IMG/VR virus record: IMGVR_UViG_3300025483_000873
Direction: 5' to 3' (one strand)
DNA length: 64,000 nucleotides
Origin: a virus
Part shown: positions 25,350 through 36,000 of the stretch, in pieces
How positions within the stretch are numbered: position 1 is the stretch's first letter
How the letters are laid out: the number at the start of each line of letters is the position of its first letter
Position numbers and translations under genes: made by a program
The notes under the pieces: model-generated
What the model was told of the DNA's origin: nothing
The model's input: only the letters and a program-made list of their open reading frames with translations
Databases searched by the model: none

Positions 25350-25433
25350 GGGGCGGTGGCGGAATCGGTAGACGCACCAGACTTAAAATCTGTTGAGCAT
25401 ATGCTCGTGAGAGTTCAAGTCTCTCTCGCCCCA
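25350..25433 (+). tRNA. trnL: tRNA-Leu(TAA)
   Basis: Acceptor GGGGCGG/TCGCCCC, D-loop GGTAGAC, anticodon loop CT-TAA-AA, long variable arm, GTTCAAG T-loop; no encoded CCA. Confidence 0.95.
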
Positions 25434-25442
25434 TGTCCATTA

Positions 25443-25449
25443 CTAAATA
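25443..25449 (+). promoter_or_regulatory. late promoter
   Basis: CTAAATA. Confidence 0.55.
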
Positions 25450-25456
25450 ATCCGTA

Positions 25457-25735
25457 GTGGAAAAAGTCATGAAATACGAACTTTCCCAATGTTATTGTTT
25501 CTTTATGGGACAAGTGGTAAGAATGTATTTCATACAAGGTATTCCATATACCTTTGATGAACTACCGCAAATCATTCAAGATCACCCATCAGTACAAACC
25601 GAAGCATTGCAAGGTTGTGATTGGGATGATGAAGAATTATATAAGTGGTCTTCATATCTTGCTGAAGAGGAGTGTCATCCTCTAATGTTTGATATTGAAG
25701 TTAATGATCCTGAACTATTACCCAAAGATGATTGA
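25457..25735 (+). CDS. conserved cyanophage hypothetical protein
   Basis: VRMYFIQGIPYTFDELP...EECHP. Confidence 0.7.
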   Translation: MEKVMKYELSQCYCFFMGQVVRMYFIQGIPYTFDELPQIIQDHPSVQTEALQGCDWDDEELYKWSSYLAEEECHPLMFDIEVNDPELLPKDD

Positions 25736-26252
25736 TATATTTAATGAATGGTTTGAGGGAACGTGGGAAAATAAAGTTCAGGCATTTTCATATCCTTCAA
25801 AGTTTGCTATGGTCCGTCTGGTCCATAAAAAAATCCAGGGTACAGAATCAATGTACTATGGTGAGCAAGCATATAACTATTCGGTAGACTCACCTTATCG
25901 TCAATTTATTGTAGAAGCAATAGAAGACAATGGGTCAATACGAATAAAAAACTATGATTTTGATAAAAACTTCCATCTGGGGTTTAAAAATTTAGAATCT
26001 CGTCCTGAAGGGTTGACTCATAAAGAGTTTTGTGATATAATGTTTACATTCGACGGTGATTCATTCCAAGGTTCACTCCAAGGATGTAGTTGTTACGTCG
26101 AATGGCAAGATCAAGTAACCTATATCAAAAATGATATCTTTCTATCGAAAGAACAATATAATGTAGTTGATAGAGGTTATTTGGTGGATACCGACAAACA
26201 AGTTTGGGGTGGCAAACACGGTCACTTCAAATTTTTAAAGACGCCCCTGTAG
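25728..26252 (+). CDS. cpeT: CpeT/CpcT-like phycobiliprotein lyase
   Basis: F.G.W.NK.QAFS.P...YGEQAY.Y....PYRQ...FQG...GC.C...DRG...WG. Confidence 0.85.
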   Translation: MIDIFNEWFEGTWENKVQAFSYPSKFAMVRLVHKKIQGTESMYYGEQAYNYSVDSPYRQFIVEAIEDNGSIRIKNYDFDKNFHLGFKNLESRPEGLTHKEFCDIMFTFDGDSFQGSLQGCSCYVEWQDQVTYIKNDIFLSKEQYNVVDRGYLVDTDKQVWGGKHGHFKFLKTPL

Positions 26253-26314
26253 CTCAGCGGTAGAGCAGTGCTTTTGTAAAGCAAAGGTCATCAGTTCAAA
26301 TCTGTTCGGGGGCT
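26243..26314 (+). tRNA. trnT: tRNA-Thr(TGT)
   Basis: Acceptor GCCCCTG/CGGGGGC, GCTC/GAGC D-arm, loop TT-TGT-AA, GTTCAAATC. Confidence 0.92.
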
Positions 26315-26335
26315 CTCGATCCTCTATTTAAAATA

Positions 26336-26857
26336 ATGAAATATCAAATTTTTGACAACTATATGCCTGCAGGTTGGCATTCCGAACTGTGTGAGATGGT
26401 TATCAAAAATCCAATGTTTCAATGGTTTGATAGTACCGTTTTAGAAAAAGAATCTGCGGTTGAAGATAAGTATAATCAACATTTTGTGCATATCTTATAT
26501 AAAGAAATGCAAGTTAAGAGTTATGCTTTTGAGTTCTTTGAACCATTGTTTAAAAAACTCAAGGTCGATATGATCTATAGATCTCAACTTAACATGACAT
26601 TATGTACTCCAAAAATACGTGAATATGGTTACCATATTGACAATTATATTGATAATGATTATATGAAATACTGTAAGACAGCAGTATATTATATCAATAC
26701 ATGTGATGGATATACTGGATTTGAAAGTGGTGAGAAAGTTAATAGTGTTGGTAATCGCTTGGTATCATTTCCCAGTGATTTGAGGCATACAAGTACAACA
26801 ACTACTGATACTAGATCGAGATATGTAATTAATATTAATTACTTTGGTGGCGTGTAG
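26336..26857 (+). CDS. 2OG-Fe(II) oxygenase-like protein
   Basis: GYHID...TAVYYINTCDGYT.F...NRLVSFP...H...RYVININY. Confidence 0.8.
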   Translation: MKYQIFDNYMPAGWHSELCEMVIKNPMFQWFDSTVLEKESAVEDKYNQHFVHILYKEMQVKSYAFEFFEPLFKKLKVDMIYRSQLNMTLCTPKIREYGYHIDNYIDNDYMKYCKTAVYYINTCDGYTGFESGEKVNSVGNRLVSFPSDLRHTSTTTTDTRSRYVININYFGGV

Positions 26858-26919
26858 CACAATGGCAGTGCGAGGAGCTGTTAACTCCTAGGTTGCAAGT
26901 TCGAGTCTTGCCACGCCAG
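26848..26919 (+). tRNA. trnN: tRNA-Asn(GTT)
   Basis: Acceptor TGGCGTG/CACGCCA, AGGAG/CTCCT stem with CT-GTT-AA loop, GTTCGAG. Confidence 0.93.
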
Positions 26920-26960
26920 TTGGCGATTATCGTCAAATCAAAACCCCTTCCGTGTGCTTG

Positions 26961-26986
26961 AAACCTCCCTCACAAGGGGAGGTTTT
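26961..26986 (+). terminator. Rho-independent terminator
   Basis: AAACCTCCC/GGGAGGTTT stem plus T run. Confidence 0.75.
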
Positions 26987-26990
26987 ATTG

Positions 26991-26998
26991 TATAAATA
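26991..26998 (+). promoter_or_regulatory. late promoter
   Basis: TATAAATA (T4 late consensus) upstream of the giant structural gene. Confidence 0.85.
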
Positions 26999-27036
26999 AT
27001 CCAAGAAGAAATAGTCCTAGAAGGAACGGGTTAATT

Positions 27037-30000
27037 ATGCCTCTTACAAGACTTGATAATCTTTACTCAAGTAAAACGGGTAAGTATCTATATGTATCGC
27101 CAGATGACTTTAACGCGACTGATGAGTTAGACAATAGAGGTAACTCCCCCTTACGTCCGTTTAAGACGATCCAGAGAGCATTTATTGAGGTATCACGTTA
27201 CTCTTACCTGCCTGGTAAGGATAATGATAGGTTTGACCAGTTCAGTGTAATGCTGATGCCTGGTAATCACTTTATTGATAACCGTCCTGGTCTTGTAGAT
27301 GCAGCAACCCCAGTATCACGTAATTTTGACGCTGGTAACCTGATTGAGGCCAATACACAAGAAATTATTGACCGTGCTGCTGCTGAAATTGCTGTTCAGC
27401 ACCCCGATTTTTACTATCCTGGTGATAATCAAACTGATGATGGATCTAGATATGCTGATTCATATCGTCTGATTCAGTTAAACAGACAAGAAATTATTGA
27501 CAATGCATATGCTGTAGTAGCAGCAAATCCTCCTGTTCCTGCACCTCCTGATCTTGAGAACAAGTGTAAGATTGACATTGGACGCTTCATCGACGCTGTT
27601 TCTCTTGATGTAGCACAGGCTGGTGGTAACGTATATACCCGTAAACTTCTTCAAAATTACTTCAATGAAGCAGGAACTGCTTGGATTGATGATAGTTTAG
27701 AAGGTGAAGTAACAGAGTCTATTGCTGCATTTGAGTCGGCAAGAGACAATATGCTTCTTGCTATCACCAACCAACTGACTGTAAAAGATCTTACTATCAC
27801 TGCTGATCCTGCAACTGGTGATAACGAAGATCCTGCTTCCTGTGCAGATGTTCAGACTTTTATCAATAATTTGACCACAGTTGTCACAACTGTACTGTCT
27901 GCTGAAAATCTATCAAATCTTCCTGCAGAAACAGTATCTGATCACGAAACTGCTGGTGAGACCAAGTGTAAGCGCGACCTTGGATATGTTGTAGAAGCTG
28001 TCATTGCTGACATTCGTAACGGTGGTAATGCTAATACTATTTCTGCTACCAAAAATTATTTCGACCGTGATGGTAATCCTGTTGCTGACGGATTAGTTGG
28101 GGAAATTACTGAATCAGTAACTTCCTTCAACAAAGCAAGAGACATGATGAAACTTGCTGTAACTAACTCGCTGTATGAGAAGGATCTTACTATATCTCCA
28201 GGTCCTGCAATTGCAGGTCAGGCAACGCCGACTATTGAATACAACGCATCAGGCAATATCGCTACCTGCGTTGATGTTCAGTCATCCATCACAACACTTG
28301 TTGCTATTCTCACTGATACCCTCACTGCAGGTACGCTTACAGGTCTCGCTGCAGTTCAGGTTACTGGTACTGTGCCTGTATTTGATTACAACAGAGCACT
28401 GGAAGAATGGCAGGATGATTCGATTCTTGATCTTTCCAATCCAGACAACGTTCTCTACAAGTTTAACTCCACGACTGGTGGCACTATCGTTCCCAGAGGT
28501 TGTTCGCTGATTGGTTATGACCTTCGACGCACGATTGTAAGACCTCTGTTTGTTCCTGATCCCGTAGATGGTGCTTATGGAAGAACTTCTATCTTTAACT
28601 TGACCGGTGGTTGTTATCTGTGGCAGTTCACTATCAAGGATGGTGATCTTTCCGAGAACTCTCCTTTGTATGATCAGGCAGATCGTGTTGGTAAGGTATA
28701 CAACAATCCATCCGATTTCTCTTCATTAGCGATTCCCGAGTATTCGCACCATAAGATCACTATCATGACTTATGCGGATAATGCTGAACTCGATCGTTAT
28801 TACGAGAAAGTTGGTAGAGCATTCGCACAGTTCCAACCCACCATCGATGATGGCGATTTAGAAGCACTGGTACAAGAGAATAGGATTGTTGGTCCTCTAT
28901 CTGATACCAGAACAATCGAGAGTATCGAGATTGTAGACATTGCTCCTGGATCTTCTGCTCGAATTACTGTATCCACAAAGATTGACCACGGATATTTTAG
29001 GGGTCAGTACATCGCTGTTATCAATAGCGGATTATCAGAGAATGTCAACGGTACATTCAAGGTTGACACAGTTGATCAGGATAATCCCAAAGTATTCTCC
29101 TATACTATTCCCATCAATGCTGCTGGTCTGGGATTAGTTTCTGGTACAACATACACAGCTGCTAATGGTCTTGGCACTAACGGTGTTATCCAAGCAGAAA
29201 TTGACTCGGTTGAGTCTGCATCACCATATGTCTTTAACTGCTCCATCAGATCCACCTGGGGGCAGTGTGGTATGTGGGCGGATGGATCCAAGGCAACTGG
29301 ATTCAAGTCGATGGTTGTTGCACAGTACACGGGTGTTTCGCTCCAGAAAGATGACAGAGCGTTCATTCGTTACGATAGATTTACTAACACTTGGAATCAA
29401 GCAGCACTCACTGATGCATTTGCTACCATTCCTTATCACACTAAAGGTGATGCATACTGGAAGGATGATTGGAGAAACTTCCACATTCGTGCAACGGATG
29501 ACTCTTTCATTCAGTGCGTCTCGGTCTTCGCTGTTGGTTTCCACGATCACTTCCTGATGGAAAGTGGTGGTGACATGTCTATCACCAACTCGAACTCCAA
29601 CTTCGGTAATACATCACTTCACGCAATTGGTTTCAAAGGATTCTCCTTCAACCAAGATAAAGGTGGTTATATTGATGCTATCATTCCTCCAAAAGTTGTT
29701 AATACTTCTGCCACAGCAATTGTTAAGCAGCAATATTATACGATTGATATTGAAGCATCTAACGATCAAGGTAATAATACTAGTCTGTATCTTGCCGGAG
29801 ACACTAATCAAGATCCTGCAAACAGACCTGCAGCTACTATTGGTGGATATCGTATTGGTGCCAAAACTGGAGATAGATTATATGTTAAACTGCCTTCTGG
29901 TGGCGTAGGTGGTAAGCAAACTTATTCTGCTGAACTATCTCCGAGTGGATTCCAGACATTTACTACATCACTCTCTACGTTAACTCCCGCAGGACTTAAC

Positions 30001-33000
30001 ATCAATCTTGATGTTGATGGTGATGGTAATGACGATTTTAATTACGCACAAGATGCGGCAAATCAAATTGAAAGGAATAGAGTATGGTTACAGCAAGAGA
30101 CCTATGGTCATATTACTGCCAAGTATCCTGCACTATTAACTAATCCTAATATCACGATTGGTAAGTGTGAAAGAGACATCGGATACTTTGTTGATGCAAC
30201 TGTCAAGGACTTGCGTCTTGGTGGTAACATCAATACAATTCTTGCTGCCGAAGGTTATCTAGTTGGTGGTCAGTTAGACTTCATCGACAACGAACTGACT
30301 GAAACTTTAGAAGCATATGATTACCTGAAGCGCCTGATGATCGGCGCAATGCGTAACTTCAACTTCTTGATTAAAAATTGTACAACAACCGATGGTAGTG
30401 CAACTGTTGTAGTTGGAGATACTTCAGGTCTTGTTCCTGGTATGAGAGTTATTGAATATGATCAAGACGATTATACAAATGGTCTTCTTGATGACGGAGC
30501 GGTTTCGCTTCCTGACAACATTAACGTTAATACTGCTATCATTGGCGAGATTGTAAACTCAACTACAATCACATTGGTAGATCAGGCAACAGGTGTAGCA
30601 TATAATGCAGTTGGAACAACTAATACTGCATGGTTGTATTTTGAGAATCTTTCCCAATATGCTCAAACATTCCAGTATGCCAATAATGATATTACCCAGG
30701 ATACAAATTATCCAGAGTGTGCCAACATTGCTACAGCAATTGAAGGATACTTTGATAATGTTAACCTGGTTTTGTCTGGTAACGGTAGTCAAGCAGTAAG
30801 AGTAGAAGCACCTATCGAGTCTCGCTCTTTAACTGGACGTGCAACTTTATTTTCTATTAATACGGGTGGATTACAATCTGATCCCCATGGATTACAAACT
30901 GGTACACCGGTAAGACTTGTTCCAAGAGCATTGACAGTTGACACTGATAAGCGTCTCGTTAGATTGCCTCGTGGATTTGAAACCAATAGACCTTACTATG
31001 TAATCGCTCCTGGTAGAGATACATATCCATATTCATTCAATAATACTAGTGAGTTTGATACAACTGCTGGAACAGGTTTATTACTTGCTGCCACTAAAGA
31101 AAACGCAGCTGCTGGTATTTACATCTACTCGCCAGAAACTGAAGCAATTGATCCTGGAGTAGAGATTGTTCTACAGCAGTATGTTCTTGACGAGTCATAT
31201 GACTTGCATCGCTATGTCACTAATGTGAGTGGAATTTATCTTGAGACAGATATTCCTCACATCTTTGATGTTCCCCTACCTAACGTACCCGCACAAACTA
31301 TTTTCTTCAGAACTTCTTCTGATGCTAACTCACTACTTCCTGATATTGCTGGTGGTGGACCAGTAGAAACCGATGTTTACTACTATCCTCGTTATGTAAC
31401 CAAGACGAAGTTCTCGGTTCATACATCTCAAGCAGATGCACAAGCGGGTGTAAACGCAGTTATCTTTACTGCTAACAGTGGTAGTGACTTCCTTGTATAT
31501 GGAGATAAGAAAACATCTCCAATGAAGTTTGATGCTTCTAACTTCAACAGATGGTATCTTAACGTTATCGATGAATCTTCGGGTGGTCAAAATCAAAACG
31601 GTATTCTTACAAGATTCCATGATCCTGATTTTGTTGATGGAACCGGTAATCTATTCACCCCAGATACATGGTATGAGAGATATTCTGATGATAGAAACGA
31701 ACTCGATAGAATCTATCGTTTGCGTTATGTTGTTCCACAATATCTTGATAACGTCCGTGAACCTCTTAATGGTTATGTTATTAAGACTAGAACTGATGAT
31801 AGAAGAAGACTTCGCCCACAAAAGTTAACTCTGGAACCATATAGCAGTGGAGCTCCTGCTGTAGCACAATTCTTCAACCCATCACAACCTACAGAACAAC
31901 TTGGTGCTTCTTTAGCAGATTTGGATACTGCTGGTATTGATATCGGTTCTCCCGAGGATCTATATGATCCATATGAAAATCCTCTTCAGATTGAGTTTCA
32001 ATCAAAGATTGCAACTACCATTCAAAGTGCAAGAACTGTCACGAATGATCTTGGCGAAAGCAGATTAGAATTAACTGTATTTGATCATACTATTACTAAT
32101 CAGAGTTTAAAGAACGAAATCTTTACTATTATTGAAATTTCTCCTCCTCAAGGTGCTGGTATTGAAGAAGATTTATTCAATAGTGATGATGACAACTACG
32201 TAACGTGGAGTGGTTATTGCACTGGTTCTGCATATGTTCATGCATATTTCCCAGCAGCTATTGAAGCAACAGCATTTGTTATTCTTAAGAATGTCACTGG
32301 CAAACTTGATTTCAACACTGCTGGTGCGGGATACGTTGGCAATACTGTTACAACATTCACACAATCGAATGGAACTTTCTGGGAATTATTAGGTGAACCT
32401 GATAGTTGGAATAACATAACTCCTTATCGAGGAGCATCTAGATCTAGTAGAGATAACTTCCTCTATAGAATTGAGGGAGCAAATCTTTATACAGTTGTTC
32501 CTGGTGATAGAGTAACAACTCCTGGCGGTGATACTTATACAGTATCAAATATTTCTGATGTTCCTGAAATTGAAGATAGTTTCTATATTTTTGACGTTGA
32601 ACAGATTCAAGAAGTTATTCCTGCACAACAGGATGGTATCTACTATCTAACCGCTGTCCGTGGTAACATCTCTCCATATCCAACTGGTGCTGGTGTTGGT
32701 GATAACTTTAGAAACTATAAGTTCTCTCAACCAATCTCCAATCTGTATCCATTAGATTACAAGAATGATCCACTGTGGTTCCAGGTTCAAGATAACGGAA
32801 CCAGAGATACATCCATTGTTGATCCTCCTGCATCATCAGCTGCGGCAGATAACTATGTTCATGGTCTTGTAACACTTAATGATTACAAGTATAGTGAGAC
32901 AAAAGAATCAGTTTCAGATCTTCTTGCTACTGATCCACTTCTTTCCTATCAATTTACGAACACTACATCAAATGTTGATGGAAATATTGTTGATAACAGA

Positions 33001-36000
33001 TTAAGAGCACAAGAAGGTAACGCTTCTATCGGTTCAGAAAACAGAAAGATCCCCATCAATGGTGACTCTGTATATCCTCTAGATGGTAGATACTATGTTG
33101 AGTTGCGTCGTCCATCGATTGCAAGATCTGGTAACCACACGTTTGAATATCTTGGTTTCGGTCCTGGTAACTACTCAACTGGTTTCCCACTTCGTCAGGA
33201 AGTGGTCCTAACTGACAAACAGGACTTCTATGCTCAAGCGAAGCGTGAAGACGGCGGTATTGTCTTCTACACGGGTCTAAACTCTAACGGTGACCTCTAT
33301 ATTGGTAATCGTAAGATCAACGCTATCACAGGCGAAGAGACGTTCCTTGAGCAGGCAGTTCTAGGTGATAGCGGTGATGATAGTGATACTATTGGAGCAC
33401 TTGTCACTACATTCGACACTGCAGTTACATTTAATGACAAAGTAACAGTTGAAGGAGATTTGTTCCTCAACAACCCAGTAACAATTAATGTTGACCCATT
33501 CGAGGGAGATTCACTTCGCATCCTATCATTGGTTGGTGCTGGTGATGACCCAACTCTTGATAGATCTTCTTTCAGAGACAATAAAGACGGCGACATTGTT
33601 CTAACCAAGAACGAAGTTAAAGCAGGTGTATTTAAACTTAATCCTCGCGGTAATGTAGGTGCTCAAGGTCAGGTTTACAGCATCAGAACACATTATACTG
33701 GTGGTACTCCTTCTAATGTAACACCAAATAATACTGGTTTAGTTGCTAATGGCGGTTCTGCTTGGTATACCTTACAGAATATCACTTATGGTTCTTCTAT
33801 CGTTCCTAATGCTGGTGATATCATTTACAAAGGTGAAGAGGTTGGTTATTCTGGATCTTTAGGTTGGATTTACTCTAACTTCTATACAGAGATTGCTGAC
33901 GCTCAAATCTTTACTATTACTACTGACAATTCTACTGCTGTTACAATTCAGTGGTCTGTTGGTATTAGCAACCAAGACCTGAAGGTTAAAGTTGGTGAGA
34001 AACTTCGTATTTCTTCTTTCAGTAACAACTTCTTTGACGGAACTTGGAATGTAATTGGCGCAGTAGATGCAGAAAATACATGTCAGATTAGACTCTTTAA
34101 CGAGATCGCTGCAAATGTATACAACTGGGTTGATGAAGGTCCTGGTGCGAAGATTGAAATTTCCGAATCTATCTGGAAAGAAACTGGTGTACTTGGGGCA
34201 GAAGCATTACGTACATACACTAATATCCCTGGTGACTATAAGTTAGGAGTCAATACAGTTGGCAGAACTAATCAAGAAGCATCATTGACCGCTAATGTAT
34301 CTTCTGATTCAGATCCTCGTGCTAACTTGGATGTTGTTGGTAATGCGTTCATCAGTGGTAAGAATTTAGTAACATATGATGCTCTTGGTGCAGTTTCCGC
34401 TAATAACTATCTGGGCGAACCTTCTAACAATAAGGTATACTTCCCACTTACTAATGCATTCTTGGTTGGTGGTGATAGTTCTGATGGAGATGACTTCGCA
34501 ACATTACGTGTTTCTACAACAGATCTCGCGGTTGTTGATCAATCCGCTACTTATAGAGTAGGTGGTCGCGTTGGTGTTAACACCAGCATCGGATTAGATC
34601 CTTCAACTGAACTCGATAAGAACTTCGTTGTTATCGGTGATTCCAGATTTACTGGAAACGTGCAGATTCAAGATGACTTGAGTGTGGATGGTGGAGATCT
34701 TAACTCTACTGCAGAATCATTCCAGTTCTTAACAAATAATGTTGATTTCTTCGTCGGTTTAAATCAAGCAGAGTCGATTATTCTTGGTAACTCTACTACA
34801 TCTTCACAATCGATTAGCCTTGGTGATTCAGTCAGTAGTTCATCAACTCAAACTGTTAGAATTGGTTCTAATGCAGGATCAACTAACCTTAAAATTCATG
34901 AAAGATCGCAGAATGCGGTAGTTGATATTGCTACAGTTGAGGATGATGTTACTAGTAACTGTGATGTCAGACTTGGTGGTGCAGCACCTAACCTTGCTTC
35001 CACCACATATATTGGTACATATCAGACTAAACTTGCTGGCACACTTGAAGTTGCTGCTTTTGCTGGCACATCTTCTGCTCGTATCTTTACTCCTGCAGCA
35101 ACACTTAATATCGGTGATGGTCAGTCAACAACTGCAGTAAAACTTGGAGTTAACGCTTCCCAAGTTACTATTGCATCGTTGGGTGGTAAGACTACTATTA
35201 GAAACTCTCTTGATGTTCTTGCAACTGCCACTGTTTTTGGTAACCTTAAACTTGATGGTGGATTGAGTGCTGGTATTGTCGAACTTGAAAGAGCAAGATT
35301 CGCGACTAGCCCATCCGATCACATTGTTGGTTCACTGGAAAATCCAAATGTTACATTCCTTAAGTTCTCACAAACAGGAAAAGTAATTGATACTGCTGGT
35401 GTTGGTCTTTGGGGTGGTCCTGCTTTCTTACTTGGTGGCGGTCAGATTGCTGCTATTGATAACATCAATCCTACTCAAAGTGCAACTTGGGTTGCTAACA
35501 CCACATATTCTTTCATCGAAGCAACTGGTGGAACTGGCCAAGGTGGATTGTTCACTATTCAAGTATTGAGTGATGGTACTGCCGTTGTTGAATTAGTATC
35601 TCCTGGTTCTGGTTATAGCAACAATGATCTTCTTACTATTCCTGCTGCTGTTTTAGGTAATCCAGCTGGCGATGATTTAACTTTCCAGGTTTCTGGAGTT
35701 AATGCTGCTGGTAATCTTTACAACTTACCGATCACTCAACCATCTGTTAGTGATTTCCAGATTGGTGATTTGCTTCTGATTGATAGAGCAGATCCCCTAT
35801 CTCCTGATAGTATTGATGGCACTGGTGCTACCTTACCAAAGGATCAATCACAAACGGAAATTGTTCAGGTTGTTGGACTAACTAACATCACCAACCCGAA
35901 TGATCCTAGTGGTTTCCGTATCTCGGTTTCTCGTGCTGACTCTGGCACAACAGCAAGAACGGATCACCCTGATGGTTGTGTAATCAATAAGTTAGATAAG

